Assembly: GCA_051252375.1 (NCBI GenBank)
Contig: JBPOFY010000001.1
Coordinates: forward strand, 288,001-352,000
Direction of reading: 5' to 3'
DNA length: 64,000 nt
DNA from: Opitutaceae bacterium
Lineage (GTDB): Bacteria > Verrucomicrobiota > Verrucomicrobiia > Opitutales > Coraliomargaritaceae
This document shows positions 58,704 to 64,000 of this stretch, piece by piece. A model generated the notes under the pieces. It made no database searches. It was not told the origin of the DNA and was given only the letters and a program-made list of their open reading frames with translations. The position numbers and the translations under genes are program-made. Numbering within the stretch: position 1 is the stretch's first letter; each line of letters begins with the position of its first letter.

Positions 58704-61157
58704 ATGCAGCCCCTATCCTACCTTTTACGCCGCGCTTTTCGTGGCGGCCTTCTCGCGCTTCTTGCAGTTCAAACGTTCTCCGTTGCCTCCGCAGAGGTAG
58801 AGCTCAAGCAAACTGCCGAAATGGCGGCGCAAACTCGCTGGGTGGTGAATACCATCAACGCCCGTCACTATTTGCGCGACAGCATGCAATCGCTCGACGG
58901 CACCGAAATAGTCGAAGCCTACATCCAAGACTTCGATTACCTCCGCATGTATTTCTTGCGCAGCGAAATCGACGACTTTGTTTTTCGTTTTGGAAATGCG
59001 ATGGAAGAATTCCTCAAAAAGGGAAACCTCTATGCCGCCTTTGAAATGTATGAAGCATTTCGCACGACCGCTAAAGCGCGCACGGATTGGGTATTTGACC
59101 GCCTGCAAAAAGATTTCGACTTCACGGTCGATGAGACCTTCACCCCGGATCGCCGCGAAGCCGAATGGCCAGCCAATACTGCCGAGGCAGATGCACTTTG
59201 GGAGCAACGCCTGAAATACGAATTGCTCAATGAATTGATGTCGCTCGCCAGCGAGGCAAAAGACGAAGACGCTGTAGCTGACAGCGAAGACAGCACTGAA
59301 ACCGTCAAAAAAGAAAGCTCCAGCCTTGAGCCAAAAAATCCCGACATCTACGACGAAGATGATGAAGAGAAGTTTGATCCAACAAAGATACAGCGTCTTT
59401 TAGAAGAGCCCGAATTCTTCGCTGAAATTCTCGACCAAGCCCGTGATAAAATCCATCGCCGCTATGAGCGCAACCTCGGCTACACTCTCGACCGTGAAGC
59501 CGCAGAAGTGCAGGAATCTTTCATCAATGCGATGACCCAGCTATTTGATCCGCACTCCACGTTCCTATCTGCCGACACTCTGGAAAGCTTTAACTCCTCG
59601 GTCCAAAACTCCTTCGTCGGTATCGGCGCCCTCCTCGAAGACGTAGACGGCATTTGCACGATAAAAGAACTTATTCCTGGCGGTCCAGCCGAAGAGTCCC
59701 GCCTCCTCGGTCCCGAAGATCAAATTCTAGGTGTTGCTCAAGGTGAAGATGGAGAGTTCGAAGACGTCGTGGATATGCAACTCCGCTACATCGTGCGTAA
59801 AATAAAGGGCGAAAAGAACACCATCGTCCGCCTCCTGATCCGCCCAGGTGATGCATCCGACCCATCTGTTCGCAAAGACATCCCCATCACTCGTGACGAA
59901 GTCAAACTCACCGCCAACCTCGCTTCCGGAAAACTGATTTCTGTTCCTGTAGACGACACCCACACTATTCCAGTCGGCGTCATCGAGCTACCTTCTTTCT
60001 ATGGTAATATCGGCGCAGGCAATACGCTCACCACAACATCCGACGACGTCACCGAGTTGATTAACAAGCTCCGCGAAGCCGGCGCTCAAGGTCTCATTCT
60101 CGACCTACGCATGAATGGTGGCGGTTTGCTCAGCGAAGCGGTTCGGGTCGCGGGCCTCTTCATCCCGGTCGGTCCAGTGGTTCAAGTCCGCGACAAAAGT
60201 GGCCGCACTGACGTCCTCTCCGATCGCGACATGAATCTACAATGGGACGGTCCACTCATCGTGCTCACTTCCCGCTTCAGTGCCTCTGCTTCCGAGATTG
60301 TTGCCGGCGCACTACAAGACCACGACCGCGCCCTCATTGTTGGGAATACCTCCACCCATGGTAAAGGCACCGTGCAAGAAGTATATCACATGAACAATCG
60401 CCCAGCCTTTTCTTGGTTCCAAACAAAGCCAGCCACACCTACGACTCGCCCGGTAGCTTCCAAGATTACAATCAAGCAGTTCTACTTACCAGATGGTAGT
60501 TCCACTCAAGTCAAAGGCGTGCCTTCGGACATCGCATTGCCATCAGTAAACGAATTCCTACCAATCGGTGAAGACGACTTACCGCATGCACTTGTTTGGG
60601 ACGAAGTTAAACCCGTCGAATGGGTGAACGATTGGAAAAAGCTAAACATCGACAGCCCAGAAGATCCTGCACTGAAAACCGCTTTACGCGAAGCCAGCAG
60701 TCAGCGCCTCGAAGAGCTCGAAGAATTTAAATTCCTCAAACAACAAATCACATGGCGACGTGAACGATACGAAGAAAAAGCGATTTCGATCCACCTCGGA
60801 GCACGCATCGCCAAGAAAATTCGCGAGCAAGCCTACATCGAAGAACTTGACGAGACTTACGAAGCCCTAACTGGAAACGATTACGCGTTTGAAGAATTCA
60901 AGCTGAAGATTGCAGAAGAACAAGACGAACTCTCTCGCAAGAATCTACTCGAACCAACTGTCGAGATCGATGAAGTGGAAGTCATCACGGCAGAAATCGA
61001 AGCCACTGAAGAGGTCGAGAAGGAGGAAGAAGACGAACCCACCTACGACATCTATCTCCGAGAAAGCGCCCGCATCATGGCAGACTGGATACAAGCAATC
61101 AGTGAGACCAAAAATGCGAAAACCACAACTGCGGTGAAAACTGTCAGCGCACTTTAG
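58704..61157 (+). CDS. prc: Tail-specific (C-terminal processing) protease, S41
   Basis: [32 protein letters not shown]. Confidence 0.9.
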   Translation: MQPLSYLLRRAFRGGLLALLAVQTFSVASAEVELKQTAEMAAQTRWVVNTINARHYLRDSMQSLDGTEIVEAYIQDFDYLRMYFLRSEIDDFVFRFGNAMEEFLKKGNLYAAFEMYEAFRTTAKARTDWVFDRLQKDFDFTVDETFTPDRREAEWPANTAEADALWEQRLKYELLNELMSLASEAKDEDAVADSEDSTETVKKESSSLEPKNPDIYDEDDEEKFDPTKIQRLLEEPEFFAEILDQARDKIHRRYERNLGYTLDREAAEVQESFINAMTQLFDPHSTFLSADTLESFNSSVQNSFVGIGALLEDVDGICTIKELIPGGPAEESRLLGPEDQILGVAQGEDGEFEDVVDMQLRYIVRKIKGEKNTIVRLLIRPGDASDPSVRKDIPITRDEVKLTANLASGKLISVPVDDTHTIPVGVIELPSFYGNIGAGNTLTTTSDDVTELINKLREAGAQGLILDLRMNGGGLLSEAVRVAGLFIPVGPVVQVRDKSGRTDVLSDRDMNLQWDGPLIVLTSRFSASASEIVAGALQDHDRALIVGNTSTHGKGTVQEVYHMNNRPAFSWFQTKPATPTTRPVASKITIKQFYLPDGSSTQVKGVPSDIALPSVNEFLPIGEDDLPHALVWDEVKPVEWVNDWKKLNIDSPEDPALKTALREASSQRLEELEEFKFLKQQITWRRERYEEKAISIHLGARIAKKIREQAYIEELDETYEALTGNDYAFEEFKLKIAEEQDELSRKNLLEPTVEIDEVEVITAEIEATEEVEKEEEDEPTYDIYLRESARIMADWIQAISETKNAKTTTAVKTVSAL

Positions 61158-61170
61158 TCGTTTAAAAGAA

Positions 61171-61204
61171 GGCAGTAGATCTACGCTCGCGCAGATCTAC
61201 TGTC
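61171..61204. terminator. Hairpin between convergent genes
   Basis: GGCAGTAGATCT-N10-AGATCTACTGTC. Confidence 0.55.
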
Positions 61205-61258
61205 GTAAGATCATTCCTCTGTAGGAACTGACACTTCAACGATGCAACTGTCGAATTT

Positions 61259-62305
61259 TTAGCGTTTAGACTCTTTGATCCGAAAGACACAGGAGTAAGT
61301 CCCCTGCCCGCCATTAAAATTGGCTCCCGATGCAACATATAGGTGCGTGGGATGACCATCTTTGAGCAGCACTTGCGGACGCTCAAATTTACGGCCGCGG
61401 AAGACTTTGGCATTCTGGAGCAATGTCTTGTCAAGATAGTGATCCATACGATCGTAACCCTGTATTGGGTCTGAGAAATGAACTCCGTCGTCAGATACCC
61501 ATAGGTAGCCGGTTCCCGCATTGTTGTGCGTGGTCAGTAGGTGCACTTTACCATCTTCATAAAAGGCATAACCATCTTCAATCGTTGTCTCATTGCTGGT
61601 AAGCGATTCAGCGCTAAAGATATAAGGTCCCTCAATCTGATCAGCAATCGCAACGCCCATACGACGCACGTCGCCCTTCCTCATGGCTTTGTAGTAGAGG
61701 AAAATACGCCCATCGGGATACTCAAAAAGCGCGGGATTATTCACGCCAACAGTGGACTGATAACTCCAAATGGATGGATCCTCGGGTGGCGAAAGAATCA
61801 AGCCGTCATCCCCGACTTTCTTCCACGGCCCTTCGAGACGATCTGCAACCATCATCCCGATTCGCTGTGAGGCGACTCGTTGGCCTTTATTTCCTCCGGC
61901 ATTCGCAATGTAAGTGAGCACATAGCGCTCTCCCACTTTTTGCACATTGGGATTGTGTGGCGCCCCGAAGTCCCAATCGCCTTCTTGACCACTGCCCTGA
62001 ACGATCACTTCCTGAAACTCAAAAGGCCCCTCCGGATCATCTCCTTGGTAATGGGCAATTTCGCTGTGCGTCAACCACCCGTTGAATGTTGAGCTCAACG
62101 GCCAGCGTGCGACGAACAGGTGCGTCTTCCCCTCGGGGCCAATAATAGGACTAGAGCCCCAGACGTGATAGCCAGGCTCCTCAACTGCGATGCCCACATA
62201 TTCAAGACGATCCGCCCATGAGCGGTCAATTGCATCACTACCAGCAAGCGCTGGTGCACTAGCGAGAATACAGAGAAATAAGGTTTTTGTTAGATATTTT
62301 AGCAT
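61259..62305 (-). CDS. Secreted beta-propeller glycoside hydrolase (GH43/GH117-like clan)
   Basis: YHVWGSSPI, HNPNV, NNPA, IEDG, FERPQVL. Confidence 0.8.
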   Translation of the reverse strand: MLKYLTKTLFLCILASAPALAGSDAIDRSWADRLEYVGIAVEEPGYHVWGSSPIIGPEGKTHLFVARWPLSSTFNGWLTHSEIAHYQGDDPEGPFEFQEVIVQGSGQEGDWDFGAPHNPNVQKVGERYVLTYIANAGGNKGQRVASQRIGMMVADRLEGPWKKVGDDGLILSPPEDPSIWSYQSTVGVNNPALFEYPDGRIFLYYKAMRKGDVRRMGVAIADQIEGPYIFSAESLTSNETTIEDGYAFYEDGKVHLLTTHNNAGTGYLWVSDDGVHFSDPIQGYDRMDHYLDKTLLQNAKVFRGRKFERPQVLLKDGHPTHLYVASGANFNGGQGTYSCVFRIKESKR

Positions 62306-62324
62306 CTGATAGAAATTTGCTGCT

Positions 62325-63176
62325 CTACAACAAACCGCAAAAATAGAATCGAGGGCGACCACTCATGTCATGATGGCTTTCACTATGAAGGTCCGAGGCG
62401 CTCGCTAAAGCATCCAGCTCTGTGTGTTGGGCGATACCCGTCTCCATCGCGAGTAAGCCGCCTTTGTTTAAATGCGCCGACACACCTTCTAAAATCTTTC
62501 GCAAATCTTCAAGTCCATCCGCACCGGAAACCAAGGCACTGTTCGGTTCGAAAGTAACCACCTCCGGCTCTGCGGTAGTCATCTCATGCTCGGTCAAATA
62601 CGGAGGATTGGAAACGATCAGGTCAAACTGCTCGCCCGCTTCGATTGGCTCAAACCAACTGCCTGATCGTAAAGTCACGCGCTCCGATACATCGAGGGCA
62701 TCGACATTTTCTTGGGCCAAAGCCAAAGCCTCAGGCGATACGTCCACCGCAACCACTTCCGCGTCGGGAAACTTATGTGCTAGGGATAGAGCCAAAGCTC
62801 CGGTTCCAGTGCCAAGGTCCAAAATCCGTTTTGGTGCAGGCTTCTTCTTGTATGCCTCGACGATCAATTCGACGAGCTCCTCCGTTTCGGGGCGTGGTAT
62901 TAACGCCCGGGCGTCGACTTTCAACTGTAGGTCGCAAAACTCTACTGTTCCTAAAATATACTGCAGTGGCTCACGGTTCGCTCGGCGTTTAACTAAAGGT
63001 CGAAGCTCTGCCAGTTGCGACTCTGTCAAAGGTCGATCTAAATCGAGATACAGATCCAGTCGTTTTAACCCGAGCGAGTGCGCAATCAAAATGTCAGCAT
63101 CCAGTTTCGCGTTGGGCACGCCCTTTTCTTTAAAAAAGGCTTCGGTGCGTTCCTTGATCTCGCGAATGGATAGCAT
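62325..63176 (-). CDS. prmC: Release-factor glutamine methyltransferase
   Basis: [26 protein letters not shown]. Confidence 0.96.
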   Translation of the reverse strand: MLSIREIKERTEAFFKEKGVPNAKLDADILIAHSLGLKRLDLYLDLDRPLTESQLAELRPLVKRRANREPLQYILGTVEFCDLQLKVDARALIPRPETEELVELIVEAYKKKPAPKRILDLGTGTGALALSLAHKFPDAEVVAVDVSPEALALAQENVDALDVSERVTLRSGSWFEPIEAGEQFDLIVSNPPYLTEHEMTTAEPEVVTFEPNSALVSGADGLEDLRKILEGVSAHLNKGGLLAMETGIAQHTELDALASASDLHSESHHDMSGRPRFYFCGLL

Positions 63177-63219
63177 TTGATGTTCAGTTACACAGAAATT
63201 CTTAGTCTGTGACTAAGGG

Positions 63220-64000
63220 TTATTTCGTCTGTGACTTTAGCAGATTATCAATGCGCGCTTCGTAGTCGTAGTTTTGCAGTGCATCAATCAAGTCATCCAA
63301 GTTGCCATCCACCACAGATGGAAGTGACAGGCTCAATCCGATGCGGTGATCTGTTAATCGACCCTGCGGGTAGTTATATGTTCGGATACGTTCAGAGCGG
63401 TCGCCCGTGCCGATTTGGCCTTTTCGTTCAGCCGCGTATTTCGCATTTTCCTCATCTTCCTTCGCTTTCAGCAAGCGAGAGCGCATCACGGTCAATGCCT
63501 TTGCACGATTCTTAATCTGCGAGCGTTCGTCTGCACAGTAAACGGTGACGCCCGTTGGAATGTGAGTCATCATCACGGCCGAATCGGTCGTGTTGACGTG
63601 CTGACCGCCAGCGCCCGATGCACGCATGGTCGCGATATCCAAATCCTGTGCACGTATCTCAATATCGACCTCTTCTGCCTCTGGAAGCACCGCCACCGTC
63701 GCAGTCGACGTATGAATGCGGCCTTGTGTTTCCGTCACTGGCACGCGCTGCACTCGGTGCACACCACTTTCGAACTTCAAATATTTATAAGCGTCTTCGC
63801 CGGTCATGTTGAAAATGATTTCTCGATAACCACCTGTGTCTGCAACACTCGTGCTCATCACTTCCACACGCCAACCTTTCGACTCGGCATAGCGACTATA
63901 CATACGGAATAGATCGCCCGCAAAAATATTTGCTTCGTCGCCACCAGCGCCACCGCGAATTTCCATCACCGAGTTACGACTATCAGTTGGATCAGGTGGA
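63220..64000 (-). CDS. prfA: Peptide chain release factor 1, 5' end beyond window
   Basis: [14 protein letters not shown] (PVT motif), [17 protein letters not shown]. Confidence 0.96.
   Translation of the reverse strand, partial: PPDPTDSRNSVMEIRGGAGGDEANIFAGDLFRMYSRYAESKGWRVEVMSTSVADTGGYREIIFNMTGEDAYKYLKFESGVHRVQRVPVTETQGRIHTSTATVAVLPEAEEVDIEIRAQDLDIATMRASGAGGQHVNTTDSAVMMTHIPTGVTVYCADERSQIKNRAKALTVMRSRLLKAKEDEENAKYAAERKGQIGTGDRSERIRTYNYPQGRLTDHRIGLSLSLPSVVDGNLDDLIDALQNYDYEARIDNLLKSQTK

Noticed and set aside
59250..59380. Acidic insertion in Prc as another repeat insert
   Set aside because: No 7/8-nt periodicity; looks like an ordinary low-complexity linker.
62422..63180. Long antisense ORFs (also 2146-2811, 49968-50627, 51135-51788, 24049-24639)
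   Set aside because: They lie opposite well-conserved genes and have no protein motifs; shadow ORFs.

Overview
Bacterial chromosomal window, most likely Verrucomicrobiota (Opitutales/Coraliomargarita-like, inferred from protein styles such as HIS6-type HisA and WxxxDPxxA-repeat and DxDxDG-tail proteins). 1-21.6 kb is one minus-strand surface-polysaccharide locus: GbsR-type regulator, ops-like leader, four-helix-bundle gene, wecA, rfbB, ligase/polymerase, glycosyltransferases, sulfotransferase, beta-propeller hydrolase, flippase, pseB/pseC, rfbA, VioA-like aminotransferase and an ATP-grasp enzyme. 22-64 kb is mostly housekeeping (pdxH, trxB, tatD, rsmD, kdsA, hisA, acnB, valS, pdhABC, def, rsmG, prc, prmC, prfA). 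I found no tRNA, rRNA, CRISPR array or transposase. The strongest unexplained signal is a family of degenerate 7/8-nt-period repeat 'arms', purine arm then complementary pyrimidine arm. They (i) enclose the four-helix-bundle (IVS/Avd-like) gene as a cassette with an 18-bp inverted repeat and a 9-bp flanking direct repeat, (ii) occur as empty hairpins between genes, (iii) abut many start codons, and (iv) are inserted in frame in loops of PseC, RfbB and the ligase. The window also has a two-copy ~110-nt covarying multi-hairpin element, a ~190-nt rod-like hairpin and at least six REP/REPIN families. All coordinates and alignments were read by eye; no searches or folding were run.
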